A stretch of DNA of 64,000 bases from an uncultured cyanobacterium. GTDB taxonomy: Bacteria > Cyanobacteriota > Cyanobacteriia > CAKZMO01. The notes beneath the pieces are model-generated. The model searched no databases. It was not told the DNA's origin and saw nothing but the letters and a program-made list of their open reading frames with translations. The translations under genes and the position numbers were made by a program. Positions 1-9,912 of this stretch are shown piece after piece; position 1 is the first letter of the stretch, and each line of letters begins with the position of its first letter. Where the stretch lies: assembly GCA_963719515.1 (NCBI GenBank), contig CAVRCJ010000003.1:448001-512000 (forward strand). Direction: 5' to 3'.

Positions 1-2
1 TT

Positions 3-2031
3 ACGACAGTATACGGGCAGATAGGAAACCCACAGCAGGCCGCAACGGTGTTTGAAGCGGCCCTGCAGGCTGCCGTCAGCATCAGTGATCCTGAGACTCG
101 GTCCAATGCGTTGAGTAAAATCGTACGGGCTGCGGCTCAGCTGGGAGAAGTTCAGCAGGCTGCCATGGTGATCAAATCAACGCTACAGACAATTCTTATC
201 GATGAGTCTAGCTTTGATATCGAGATAATAGATGATTTTGTAGGTGCCGTTGAGCAAATAGAGGATAAGCAGAAGGCCGCGACGGTGCTTGAAGCCGCTT
301 TAGAAGTGACTGGTACTGTTAATGAGCCTGCTACCAAAGCCCTACTGTTGAGCACTATTGGGTACGCGTATGGGCAATTGGGAGACGCGCAGCAGGCGGT
401 GACGCTGCTCGAAGCCACCCTGGCGATCGCGATCGTAGAGCCTGAGTATAAGTCCTATCTGTTAAGCACTGTCGTAAGAGCCGCTGAGCCATTGGAAGGC
501 TTGCCGCAGGTGGCACCGATCCTTGAAGCCGTGCTAGAGGAAACTTCTGGCCTGGAAGCGCCTCGCGACCAGCTGGGGATTTTAACCGCCATCCTGCATT
601 CGGCTGAGAAATTGGAAGACGCGCAGCAGACAGAACTGCTGCTCGAAGCTGCGCTAGAAGCTGCGGCTGGGTTTGATGACCCTGAGCATAAATCCTCTGC
701 GTTGAGCGAGATTGCGATCGCCTATAAGCAATTGGGAGACATCCCGCAAGCGGAGATGGCCCTCGAAGCAGCCCTAGAAACCGCAAGCGGCATCGATAGG
801 TCAGCCAGTTCTAGGGCCCATGTGCTGATTGCTATTGCCAGGGTATACGGACAGCTGGGAGACTCGCAGCGCGCCGCAGCGCTTCTTAGCGCGACGCTAG
901 AGGATGCGGTCAATGCTGGTGCGCCTCACAACGAAACCTCTACCTTGAGCTACATCGTGAGTGTGGCGGGACAGCTAGAAGACGTGCAGCAGGCGAGAGT
1001 AGTGCTCGAAGCGGCCTTAGCAGTAGCTGACGAGAGGGATTCTCACACGCTGACTGCGATCGCGGATGCCTACGGACAGCTGGGAGAGCCTCAGCAAGGG
1101 GCGACGGTGCTCCAGGTAGCGCTGCAGAGCACTGCAAAAATGGATGACCCGTTCTTCACAGAGGCGGTCAGAAACGGTTCGTTTCTCCTACACCCTAAAT
1201 ACGAGGCGCTCAAGCGCATTGCGGCATCAGCCCGAAAACTGGGAGATGTCGAGCAGACGACGCTCATTCTCAAGGCTGCTTTAGAAGCTGCAGCCAGTGT
1301 TGATACGCCTTACTACACAGTCACTACAATACTTGAGATTCTGAATCCATTTAGGCCAGAGCTGCTGTTCGTTCCCCCACCGGAAGGCGCGAAAGAAGCG
1401 CAGGCAGAAGTGCAGGTGGCGACAGTTCTTGAAACTGGGCTGGAAATTGCCGCCGAAATGGAGAGTCTTAGCAATAGATCCCGCGTGCTGGCCGCTGTTG
1501 CCTACGCCGCACGGAAGCTAGAAGACCCGCAGGAAGCCGCAAGGATTCTTGAAGCCGTACAACAGGCCACGAACGACATCACTGTGCCTTATTCAAGAAC
1601 GTCGCCCTTGATCAATATCTCAAGGGCGTATGCAAAGCTGGGAGATTCTCAGCAGGCGGCAGTGGCTTTCAACGACCGTGGTACAGGCCACCCTCAACGT
1701 CGATGACCCCGATGCCCAATCCTCTCTGTGGAGTTCGCTCGCGTCGTACTGCATCGCGCGAACAGACGAGCCCCAGCCGATGATTCTCGAAGCTGCGCTG
1801 CTCGCTAGCTCCAACATCGACCAGCCCAGCACCAAGTCCTACATGCTGGGCACCATTGCCAACTCGGCCGGAGACCTGAGAGATGTGCAGCAGGCGGCGA
1901 CGCTGCTTGAGGTAACCCTAGAGGCCAGCACCGATCTCAACGAGCCCAGCGATAAGTCCTCCGTGCTGCAGGCGATCGCGATCGCAGTGGGTCAATTGGC
2001 AGCTGGGCCGCTAGCGGCAAATCCGCTGTAG
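3..2031 (+). CDS. Alpha-helical repeat (TPR/HEAT-like) protein, C-terminal part; starts upstream of the window; frameshift near 1668
   Basis: Frame is open from the window edge (TTVYGQIGNPQQAATVFE). It carries recurring ~40-aa units of the type AYGQLGDxQQAxxLLEAALxxA, which continue in the 1630..2031 ORF (TLLEVTLEASTDLNEPSDKSSVL). Confidence 0.7.
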
Positions 2032-2037
2032 CGCCCT

Positions 2038-2520
2038 TTAGCGCCAGCGCAGCGTCAAATGACCCAGCTCAGGCCGCGCCATCTCCTGCTCATCCACCCA
2101 GTCCACCGCCTTGTAGGTGCCAAACACGTGGTCCCACCAGTCCACCGCCAGCCCAAAATTGTAGTACCACATGTTGTACTTGTGGTGGACATAGTGCACC
2201 GGCATCTTCATCCAAAAGCACTTGGACGGGTTCTCGTGCTGCAGCTGGTGCGCATAGGCCGAAAAAGCCGCAAAGCTCACCGCGCCCAGCACCCAGCCCA
2301 GACCCGCTTCAATTGAGATAAAGAACGGCGGCACCATGGCCACGGCCCCACCCTTCACATAGTCCAAAAACTCCCACAGCACCCCCTGCCCCTCATTGCG
2401 GCGATGGTGGTCGCGGTGCCGCTGGCCCACCTTGGGCGACTTGTGCATCAGCCGGTGCATCCAATACTCCACCAGGCTGGCGAAAATAAAGGCGACAACA
2501 AAAAAGAGAATCCCAATCAT
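2038..2520 (-). CDS. Sterol desaturase / fatty acid hydroxylase family membrane protein
   Basis: Histidine boxes HRLMH, HRDHH, HQLQH and HYVHH, plus NFG...WWDHVFGT. Confidence 0.85.
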   Translation of the reverse strand: MIGILFFVVAFIFASLVEYWMHRLMHKSPKVGQRHRDHHRRNEGQGVLWEFLDYVKGGAVAMVPPFFISIEAGLGWVLGAVSFAAFSAYAHQLQHENPSKCFWMKMPVHYVHHKYNMWYYNFGLAVDWWDHVFGTYKAVDWVDEQEMARPELGHLTLRWR

Positions 2521-2729
2521 AGCGTCCTCAGTTCACACCACAGGTCACGAAGTTTTACAGGTGATTCTATATTGTAAAGATGGTTTGAGGGTTTGGGGAA
2601 CAATCGGTTTATCAAGTGGACTAGCCTAAGCTCCACAGACCAGACCAGCCGCACTGGAAACTGCGCGCGTCACCTTGTGTGCTAGGCATGAAGATTGGCC
2701 TTCCGACTCCCCCGATAATCTGGCTGGGC

Positions 2730-2750
2730 TGATATCATAATGCGATATAG
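2730..2750 (+). promoter_or_regulatory. Putative promoter/autoregulatory palindrome upstream of hicB
   Basis: TGATATCA palindrome and ATATC-N7-GATAT inverted repeat overlapping a CATAAT -10-like hexamer, about 30 nt before the ATG. Confidence 0.35.
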
Positions 2751-2780
2751 AACCTCCCCGCCTTTCACTGCTGTATCCCT

Positions 2781-3146
2781 ATGCTCACTTACAAAAGCTA
2801 CACTGCGGAACTCAACGTTGACGTCGATGCAGGGCTACTGCGGGGCCAAGTCCTCGACATCAAAGACGTGGTTACCTTTGAGGGCAAAACCGTTGAGGAA
2901 GCGGCTCAGGACTTTCACCGCTCAGTGGACGAATATTTAGCTTTCTGCAAAGAGCTGGGGCAAAAGCCAGACAAGCCCTTTTCAGGGCGGCTGCTGTTTC
3001 GCACCTCCCCCGACATTCACCGGAGCATCTACCTCGCCGCCAACAAGGCGGGGAAGAGCATCAACTCTTGGATTGAAGAGGTGGTTAAGCGGGCGGCTCA
3101 GCACGCCCTGGGCGATCGCAGCGACTCCCAGCGGCGCTCGGCCTAG
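2781..3146 (+). CDS. hicB: HicB family antitoxin (no adjacent hicA)
   Basis: MLTYKSYTA...G.V.DIKDVVTFEG.TVEE...F..SVDEYL..C...G..P.KPFSG followed by a ribbon-helix-helix-like tail. Confidence 0.85.
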   Translation: MLTYKSYTAELNVDVDAGLLRGQVLDIKDVVTFEGKTVEEAAQDFHRSVDEYLAFCKELGQKPDKPFSGRLLFRTSPDIHRSIYLAANKAGKSINSWIEEVVKRAAQHALGDRSDSQRRSA

Positions 3147-4633
3147 AGATTCGGCGACTTGGGCACAATTTGAGCGATCGCCTGCGCCACAAACCGCTTC
3201 AGAAACTCCTCTCGGCGCTCTAGGCCATACTGCTCCTGCACCACCGCCATGATGCCGCCGTCTCCCCAAGTTTGCTGACGGCGAAAGTACTCCGCAAAGC
3301 TCTTGCCCGCAATCCGCGTCAGGTAGGCCGCCGTCATTCCCTGCACCCCTTGGCCAATCAAAATCGTGCCGGGATTGAGCCGCATGGTTATCGTGAGCAG
3401 CTCTGTCGCCCCCTTGACGATGCCCACGCCTCCCAAGGTTCTCGCCAAAGAGAGGGCTAGCGCCTTGGCCTCTTCAACCGACACCTCACAGCCATACACC
3501 CGCCCCAGCTCAATCACCATCTGCGCATTGACGGCAGCTGCCGCCAGCAGATCGACCACGGGCAGCGGCATCACCGCCACCACGCCGCCGCTAATCCACT
3601 GATAGCGCTCGATGACGGCGTCGGCCTGGGCCTGCCGCTGCTGGGCCACCACAGCGCGGGCCTCCTCCCCCAGCTGCCGCGACTGCAGCAAAATATTGTC
3701 GGCAATCAGGTCGTCTCCGTCCTGCCTGAGGATGGCCGCAATGCGCTTGAGCAGGGGCAAAATCTGGGGCGGCGGGGTGACCTGCTCGCCGTCTACCCGC
3801 ACCGGGGCCGGGGCTGCGGCGATCGCCACCACATCTTCAGGGGCCAGGTCTCCGACCCGCTGCTGCAGCTGGGCCACAATCGCCTCCCGCTCCGCGTTGG
3901 GATAGCGGTCCGCCTTATTGAGCACCAGCACCAGCCGCTTGCCCACCGCCAGCAGCGATCGCAGCAGCCCATATTCCGACTGCTGCAGATCGTTGTCCAC
4001 CACCATCAAAATCAGGTCGGCCTCAGCCGCCAGCTGCAGCGCTGTCTGGCCGCGCTCTTCCCCCCAAAGGCTCGCCTCTGACAGTCCTGGCGTGTCGATC
4101 AGCTTGATGTAACGAGAGACGCCGCGAAACCGCAGCCGGTAGGCCTGGCTGGCCGTGGTGGTGCCCATGGCGACGTCGGTGTCCCCCACGGGACGACCGA
4201 CAATCGCGTTAATGGTCGAGGTCTTGCCCGTGGAGCCGGTGCCGAACACCACAACCCGCAGCTCGTCCCCATCGAACCGCTGCGCCACCCGCCGCGATCG
4301 CTGCTGCAGAGCCTGCCGGGCGACTTCGTCCTGCACCTGGTCAATCTGCTGCTGCAGGGCCTGCAGCGTTTTGTCAGCAGCTTCCACCGTCGAGCGGGGG
4401 GCAGCGGGCCGGGCGGGCGATCGCGAGCGACGGAACTGAATCGCATAGTAAGCAAGCAGGCCCACCAAGACGGCGATCGCCACCCCTAGCAAGCCCAGCA
4501 GCAGCTGCGCCAGCAGTGGAGACACCGCAGCGACGCTGAGATAGAGCTGCTGCACCGAGGCCGTAAACCACAGCAGCAGTAGTAGGGTCAGCACAACCCC
4601 TAGGCAAATTAACAGGAGACGCGATCGCGGCAT
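3143..4633 (-). CDS. YcjF/DUF697 family protein with Era-like GTPase domain and N-terminal TM helices
   Basis: G1 GTGSTGKTS, G3 DTPG, G4 NKAD; C-terminal PLPVVDLLAAAAVNAQMVIELGRVYG. ATG at 4633 preferred as start. Confidence 0.85.
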   Translation of the reverse strand: MPRSRLLLICLGVVLTLLLLLWFTASVQQLYLSVAAVSPLLAQLLLGLLGVAIAVLVGLLAYYAIQFRRSRSPARPAAPRSTVEAADKTLQALQQQIDQVQDEVARQALQQRSRRVAQRFDGDELRVVVFGTGSTGKTSTINAIVGRPVGDTDVAMGTTTASQAYRLRFRGVSRYIKLIDTPGLSEASLWGEERGQTALQLAAEADLILMVVDNDLQQSEYGLLRSLLAVGKRLVLVLNKADRYPNAEREAIVAQLQQRVGDLAPEDVVAIAAAPAPVRVDGEQVTPPPQILPLLKRIAAILRQDGDDLIADNILLQSRQLGEEARAVVAQQRQAQADAVIERYQWISGGVVAVMPLPVVDLLAAAAVNAQMVIELGRVYGCEVSVEEAKALALSLARTLGGVGIVKGATELLTITMRLNPGTILIGQGVQGMTAAYLTRIAGKSFAEYFRRQQTWGDGGIMAVVQEQYGLERREEFLKRFVAQAIAQIVPKSPNL

Positions 4634-4808
4634 AGGTGGCGTGTTCAAGCGCCCAGTTAGACTTAGCTCAGGCTAGCCTAAGTATAAACCTCGTCTAAGT
4701 TGGCAAGTGAAGCTCTCCCCTCCAGGGGAAATCTCCAGCTCCCCAAATAAATCTGGTTTAGAACGCTTGAATAGGCCCAGTTCGAACTAGAGCAATCTAG
4801 TAGCTCGG

Positions 4809-5060
4809 TCAACGCTGCTCGCGGGGCTTTGCTTTATTGAGGCGTATCTCTCGGCCCATCCACTCCGCTCCATCAAGCTCTTGAATGGCCGCTTCTTCCT
4901 CAGTATCGCTATCCATATCGACAAAACCAAATCCCCGCTGCCTGCCGGTTTCTCGGTCGGTGGGCAAGCTAATGCGCTTAACCGTCCCATACTCGACAAA
5001 AACACTCCGCAAGTCATCTTCAGTCGCCTGAAACGACAGGTTACCAATGTAAATAGTCAC
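4809..5060 (-). CDS. rbp: RRM RNA-binding protein (Rbp family, no Gly-rich tail)
   Basis: RNP2 IYIGNL and RNP1 RGFGFVDM; GTG start at 5060 preceded by GGAG. Confidence 0.92.
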   Translation of the reverse strand: MTIYIGNLSFQATEDDLRSVFVEYGTVKRISLPTDRETGRQRGFGFVDMDSDTEEEAAIQELDGAEWMGREIRLNKAKPREQR

Positions 5061-5187
5061 AATTTTCTCCAACCAATCTAAATCGATTCCGTAGAAGCTA
5101 GTTCTGTTGACTTATGCAGCTCGATAGCTGTGCCATCTCACTGACATCGCCGCCATAATAGCCGATTTATCGAAAAATATCAGTTGC

Positions 5188-6543
5188 CTAAGCATCACGC
5201 TCGGCCCATGCCCTCATTTTACCTGGATTCATCAAGCCGTAGGGGTCTACCTGCTGCTTAAACCGAAGCTGCGCCGGGTTTATAGTCTTACGTCCACCAT
5301 CTTCCAAAATGTAGGTGTGGGGGTTGGCGATGAACGCGCCTTTGTCCTCGTGATACACGATAATCTCCTGCAGTCGCTCCTGGGTTTGATAGCGCACCAG
5401 CTGCAGCGCGGCGGGAATAACTTTCCCCCCGACTCGGAAAAACTCTAGGTGCATCATTACTTCGTCGCCAAAGCGGTTATACATATGCTCAACAAGGTCC
5501 AGACCTCCCTCAACAAACAGGGTCTGTAGATAGGTGAGACTGGGGTCTACGTTGCGGGCATGGAGGGTGGTGTGATTCCAGGTATATTCCATCAGCAAAG
5601 TGCCTTTTCCAGCCTCCTGGGCGGGCCTCTCGTAGGTGAGACGGCCGCCAAGTTCTTCCACTAAATCCCTGAAGGCCTGCTGGTCGGCTTCCGACACCAT
5701 GAGTAGGGCCGCGTGGCAGCCGTCCGGTAAATAAGGTTTGAGAGCTGCGAAGTACTGAGGCACCGGGTCGGCGCAGACGCAAATTAGCTTTTTCGCGATG
5801 CCGTCGGCGTCTCCTAGCGCTTGGCCGAAGCGAGCTGCCGTCATGAAATCATCAAAAACAGCGATCGCCTCCTGCCAGGGATAGGCCGGAGCTAGGGGAA
5901 TTTCCAGCTGGGTGATGATGCCGTTGGTGCCGTAGGCATGGTTCACCTGCTGCACGGCGTCCCCCCGCAGCTCAATAACCCGGGGCTCATCTTCTAGGGT
6001 GACCACCCGCACCGCCTGCAGGTTGCCGCGATCGCGCAGCTGCCCGTAGGTAATCGAGCCAATGCCGCCGCTGCCACCCCCGATAAAGCCGCCGATGGTG
6101 GCGGTGCGGTAGGTGGAGGGGGTCATGCGAATTTCCCATCCCGTGGGGCGGGTTTGTTTGTCGAGGGCGGCCAGCTTTACCCCCGGGTCCATGCAGGCCC
6201 GCCCCGGCTGAATCCAATGGATGGTCTGCATGGCGCTCAAGTCGAGGATGACGCCGCCCTCTAGGGGCACACACTGACCGTAGTTTCCCGTGCCGGCCCC
6301 TCGCACCGTGAGCGGCACGCGGTGAGCCACGCAGACTTGGGCCACGCGCAGGACTTCTGCTTCTGAGGTGGGGCGCACCGCTAGGTCACCCCGGCAGCCC
6401 TCGAGCTGGGGGGTGAGGATGGGGCTGAAGGTGTAGTAGTCCTGACTCAGCTTAGCGAGCTGGTTGGGATCGCGAATCACGGTGAGGGCGGCGAGATCCT
6501 GGGCGATCGCGTCCCAGTTGGGGGTCGAAGTGGCGACGGTCAT
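5188..6543 (-). CDS. FAD-binding oxidoreductase (VAO/PCMH, GlcD-like)
   Basis: RGAGTGNYGQ, ATIGGFIGGGSGG and C-terminal KQQVDPYGLMNPGK. Confidence 0.85.
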   Translation of the reverse strand: MTVATSTPNWDAIAQDLAALTVIRDPNQLAKLSQDYYTFSPILTPQLEGCRGDLAVRPTSEAEVLRVAQVCVAHRVPLTVRGAGTGNYGQCVPLEGGVILDLSAMQTIHWIQPGRACMDPGVKLAALDKQTRPTGWEIRMTPSTYRTATIGGFIGGGSGGIGSITYGQLRDRGNLQAVRVVTLEDEPRVIELRGDAVQQVNHAYGTNGIITQLEIPLAPAYPWQEAIAVFDDFMTAARFGQALGDADGIAKKLICVCADPVPQYFAALKPYLPDGCHAALLMVSEADQQAFRDLVEELGGRLTYERPAQEAGKGTLLMEYTWNHTTLHARNVDPSLTYLQTLFVEGGLDLVEHMYNRFGDEVMMHLEFFRVGGKVIPAALQLVRYQTQERLQEIIVYHEDKGAFIANPHTYILEDGGRKTINPAQLRFKQQVDPYGLMNPGKMRAWAERDA

Positions 6544-6691
6544 GGTGCTTGGGTGATGTTAACTTTTGGAAAATTTTTGGCCAGTGGAGCGGCCCACAAG
6601 GTCTCAGCAGCGCTAGCTTAAATGCGATTCTGCGCTGAGCCCAAACCAACGGTGGACCCGTATCATTACTTGACCGTACTTGGCCGTGCGC

Positions 6692-6742
6692 AGATAGGCC
6701 GGGCGTAGATAGGCCGGGCGTAGATAGGCTAGGCGTGGATAG
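6692..6742. repeat. Tandem 15-bp repeat, about 3.4 copies
   Basis: AGATAGGCCGGGCGT x2, then AGATAGGCTAGGCGT, then GGATAG; no spacers. Confidence 0.85.
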
Positions 6743-6931
6743 ATTACTGAAATTCTACCCCACGGGTTTCAGCTCACTGCGTTCTCAAAGCCTGTTTTCT
6801 GCGGGGTTAAACTTTGCGGCGACACCAGCGTTGTCATTCTGCCTCGAGGCCGCCCCCCTCACCCCCCAGATATCGGTATAATTCAACAGGACTTGAGGCG
6901 GTGAGTACCCCGTCCTGTGCGATTGTGGCCT

Positions 6932-7723
6932 ATGTCTTCAACGTCATCATTTCGTCCCCGTAACCGTTCCATCGTCACTGCTAGCACCGTTTTGGTGACG
7001 TTCTTGGTCAACGTTTGGTCAAATATTGCACCTATAAACGGCCAAACTATTGGTGATATTTCTAACCAGCAGTTCGCCGATATCCTAATTACCCCTGCAA
7101 GTTACGCCTTTGCCATTTGGGGTTTGATCTATATCGGGCTGTTCATCCTAGCGGCCTATCAGCTCCGGCCTGCACAGCAAGGCAATCCTCGATTCCACGG
7201 CACCTACTGGCTCGTAGCGGCCTGCCTAGCTCAAATTCTTTGGGTGTTTTTGTTTTTGACGGAGCAGTTTGTCGCCTCGCTGGCGGCGATGGTGGCGATT
7301 TTGGTCCCCCTCATTGTGTTCTACATCGATCTGCGCCGCGAGGGGCGACCCTCTGCCGTCGAGAAATGGCGATCGCAGCGCCCCATCAGCCTCTATCTGG
7401 GATGGATTTCCGTCGCTACGATTCTCAACGTGGCCATTGCCCTCGAAAGCGCCGGGTGGCGGGGCTGGGGAGTTCCTCCGGTGGCGTGGACGGTGCTGAT
7501 GATAGCTGTGGCGGCGGCGCTAGGGGCGCTGATGCTGTGGCTGCAGTCGGACTGGGTTTATACGGGCGTTGTCATCTGGGCGCTAGTGGCGATCGCAGTT
7601 CGGCACAGCGATCGCCCTGTTCTGGGGGGTGTGGCAGCGGTGGGGGCGGGGCTGCTGACGCTGCTGGCGAGCTGGCGATATTGGCGGGCGGGCGCAGCAC
7701 CATACCGACGCAGGTCGCGGTGA
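6932..7723 (+). CDS. TspO/MBR-like tryptophan-rich membrane protein
   Basis: ITPASYAFAIWGLIY and PISLYLGWISVATILN; multiple TM helices. Confidence 0.8.
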   Translation: MSSTSSFRPRNRSIVTASTVLVTFLVNVWSNIAPINGQTIGDISNQQFADILITPASYAFAIWGLIYIGLFILAAYQLRPAQQGNPRFHGTYWLVAACLAQILWVFLFLTEQFVASLAAMVAILVPLIVFYIDLRREGRPSAVEKWRSQRPISLYLGWISVATILNVAIALESAGWRGWGVPPVAWTVLMIAVAAALGALMLWLQSDWVYTGVVIWALVAIAVRHSDRPVLGGVAAVGAGLLTLLASWRYWRAGAAPYRRRSR

Positions 7724-7819
7724 TGGTCCAGTCCACAACTGACCCACACGAGATCGCGCAATTCGCCTTAAAATTCAGGCAGGGGAGTGCCCCAAAGCAG
7801 CAGTAACGGAAGCATCAGC

Positions 7820-8809
7820 ATGGATATCAAAGACGGGTTTGTCGGTACCGTAGGCAATACGCCCCTAATTCGGCTTAACCGGGCCAGCGACGAAACTGGG
7901 TGCAGCATTCTAGGTAAAGCCGAGTTTCTCAACCCTGGCGGTTCCGTCAAAGACCGGGCAGCGCTATTCATCATTCAAGATGCCGAAGAGAAGGGGCTGC
8001 TGAAGCCGGGGGGAACCGTGGTGGAAGGGACGGCGGGCAACACCGGCATTGGCCTAGCCCACATCTGCCGCGCCAAGGGCTACAAGTGCCTGATCGTGAT
8101 TCCCGAAACCCAGTCCCAGGAAAAGATGGACATGCTGAGGATGCTGGGAGCTGAGGTGCGCCCGGTGCCTGCGGTGCCCTACCGCAACCCTGAAAACTAC
8201 GTGAAGGTGTCGGGGCGGCTGGCGAAGGAGATGGACAACGCCATTTGGGCCAACCAGTTCGACAACTTGGCCAACCGACAGTCCCACTATGAGACCACCG
8301 GGCCGGAAATCTGGGCGCAGACCGACGGGAAAGTGGACGCCTGGACGGCGGCAACGGGGACGGGGGGCACCTATGCGGGGGTGGCCCTGTTCCTGAAGGA
8401 GAAGAACCCCGAGGTGAAGTGCATCGTGGCTGACCCCATGGGGAGCGGGCTATATAGCTATATCAAGACGGGGGAAATTAAGCCCGAGGGCGGCTCCATT
8501 ACTGAGGGCATTGGCAACAGCCGTATCACCGCCAACATGGAAGGGGTGCCCATTGACGATGCGGTGCAGGTGCATGACGACGATGCGCTGAAGGTGGTGT
8601 ACGACCTGCTCTATGACGAGGGCCTGTTTATGGGGGGCTCGGTGGGCATTAACGTGGGGGCGGCGATCGCTCTGGCGAAGGAGATGGGGCCGGGACATAC
8701 GATTGTGACGGTGCTGTGTGATGGGGGCGGGCGGTATCAGTCGCGGCTGTTTAATAAAGAGTGGCTGACCGAGAAGGGATTTGACTTGGAGGCCATCGGG
8801 ATTGCCTGA
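7820..8809 (+). CDS. cysK: Cysteine synthase A (PLP-dependent)
   Basis: KAEFLNPGGSVKDR, EGTAGNTGIGL, GTGGT and TEGIG. Confidence 0.92.
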   Translation: MDIKDGFVGTVGNTPLIRLNRASDETGCSILGKAEFLNPGGSVKDRAALFIIQDAEEKGLLKPGGTVVEGTAGNTGIGLAHICRAKGYKCLIVIPETQSQEKMDMLRMLGAEVRPVPAVPYRNPENYVKVSGRLAKEMDNAIWANQFDNLANRQSHYETTGPEIWAQTDGKVDAWTAATGTGGTYAGVALFLKEKNPEVKCIVADPMGSGLYSYIKTGEIKPEGGSITEGIGNSRITANMEGVPIDDAVQVHDDDALKVVYDLLYDEGLFMGGSVGINVGAAIALAKEMGPGHTIVTVLCDGGGRYQSRLFNKEWLTEKGFDLEAIGIA

Positions 8810-9095
8810 GGCTGAAGGTCGCTCAGAGCGGCAGGTGCTGGTGTGCCAAAATCGCACCTGCCGTAAGCAGGGGGCGGCAGAGGTGCTGGCGGCGTTTCGC
8901 GACCAGCCGGTTCCGGGGGAGGTGATGGAGAGCGGCTGCCTGGGGCAGTGCGGCAATGGGCCGATGGTGCTGGTGCAGCCGGATGAGGTGTGGTATTGCG
9001 GGGTGCGATCGGAGGAGGTGCCGGCGGTGGTGGAGCGGCATTTGAGAGAGGGGAAGCCGGTGAGGGGGATGCTGTATTCGAAGTTTCATGGGTGA
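8802..9095 (+). CDS. Thioredoxin-like [2Fe-2S] ferredoxin
   Basis: VCQNRTC...GCLGQCGNGP...WY..V....V..VVERHL..GKPV; TTG start with GGAGG 9 nt upstream. Confidence 0.85.
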   Translation: MPEAEGRSERQVLVCQNRTCRKQGAAEVLAAFRDQPVPGEVMESGCLGQCGNGPMVLVQPDEVWYCGVRSEEVPAVVERHLREGKPVRGMLYSKFHG

Positions 9096-9167
9096 TGGAG
9101 GGCGTGCTGCTTGGGGGCTTGGGGGCCAGCGGCCCCCCGCATAGAACGGTATCTGTTAGCAGTTGGA

Positions 9168-9204
9168 GCGGTAGGGTTGGGTGAAGGCTAGCGCAACCTA
9201 CCGC
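9168..9204. repeat. GTAG-type REP-like palindrome
   Basis: GCGGTAGG(G)TTG...CAACCTACCGC between convergent genes. Confidence 0.55.
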
Positions 9205-9218
9205 CACGGGTTGAGCGA

Positions 9219-9530
9219 TTACCCTGTGGGTACGTCGAGCGATCGCAGCCGCATTAGGTAAAACAGCACCTGTCCCTGGCTCTGGGTGATGTTGACGCCG
9301 TTGGGGCCAATCTCGATGGGGCCGGTCCACATGGCCTGCTCCACGTAGCGCTTTAGGTGCAGCCGGTGGATGGTTTCGCGGACGGCTTCGGGGGAGCCGA
9401 TGATGATGTGGTGGACCACTTCGCCGCTGGGGCCAGGGTCGGGGGTGGTGATACGGGTGGGGGCGGCTTCGGTGGCCAGCGCGTCGGGTGCGGCCTCGGG
9501 TTGAGGTCGCTCGGGATATAGAAATGTCAT
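9219..9530 (-). CDS. Hypothetical 103-aa protein (IIGSPEAVRETIHRLHLKRYVE..W motif)
   Basis: ATG at 9530 downstream of a canonical promoter and structured leader. The motif resembles a small uncharacterised cyanobacterial family (from recall, not searched). Confidence 0.65.
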   Translation of the reverse strand: MTFLYPERPQPEAAPDALATEAAPTRITTPDPGPSGEVVHHIIIGSPEAVRETIHRLHLKRYVEQAMWTGPIEIGPNGVNITQSQGQVLFYLMRLRSLDVPTG

Positions 9531-9750
9531 GGGTTTTCTCTTTTTTTGGTGGTAAGAAAACCCAAAAATCGGGTCGATCCCTTGTCTTGGGCGTCTGGGA
9601 TGGCTGCAGATATTGGATAATACCTGCAGCTCATCGACAGGCTGACTCTGTCGAAGGGTCAGGGTGCGGCTGGTGTGTCTCAGCGCCAGTCGCGCCCGTT
9701 TGACCAAATTTTTGGGGTTTGTGGTTAAAGCTGCATCAGGTAACAGCTTC
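9531..9750. ncRNA. Structured 5' leader (- strand) with candidate SymR-like cis-antisense RNA (+ strand, ~9628-9700)
   Basis: Hairpins at 9577-9601, 9603-9630, 9634-9654, 9662-9697 (14 bp, three G-U pairs on + strand) and 9728-9749; long-range pairing 9557-9577/9700-9720. Confidence 0.55.
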
Positions 9751-9759
9751 TAGCAAATG

Positions 9760-9788
9760 AGTGTATCGGCAATGGGGCTTAAAGGCAA
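9760..9788 (-). promoter_or_regulatory. Sigma70-type promoter
   Basis: On the minus strand TTGCCT-17 nt-TACACT. Confidence 0.6.
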
Positions 9789-9912
9789 GGTTGATCTAGA
9801 TATTTTCTTGCCCGTGGTGGGGATTACCTTTGGGCTGAGCCAAGGCAAAGGAGAGCGATCGCCCCGTAGGGTGCCGTTACCGTGGGGTGGCGCACTACCC
9901 AGAGGAGCACGG

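Noticed and set aside
6692..6742. Possible mini-CRISPR
   Set aside because: Repeats are 15 bp and directly tandem, with no spacers and no cas genes.
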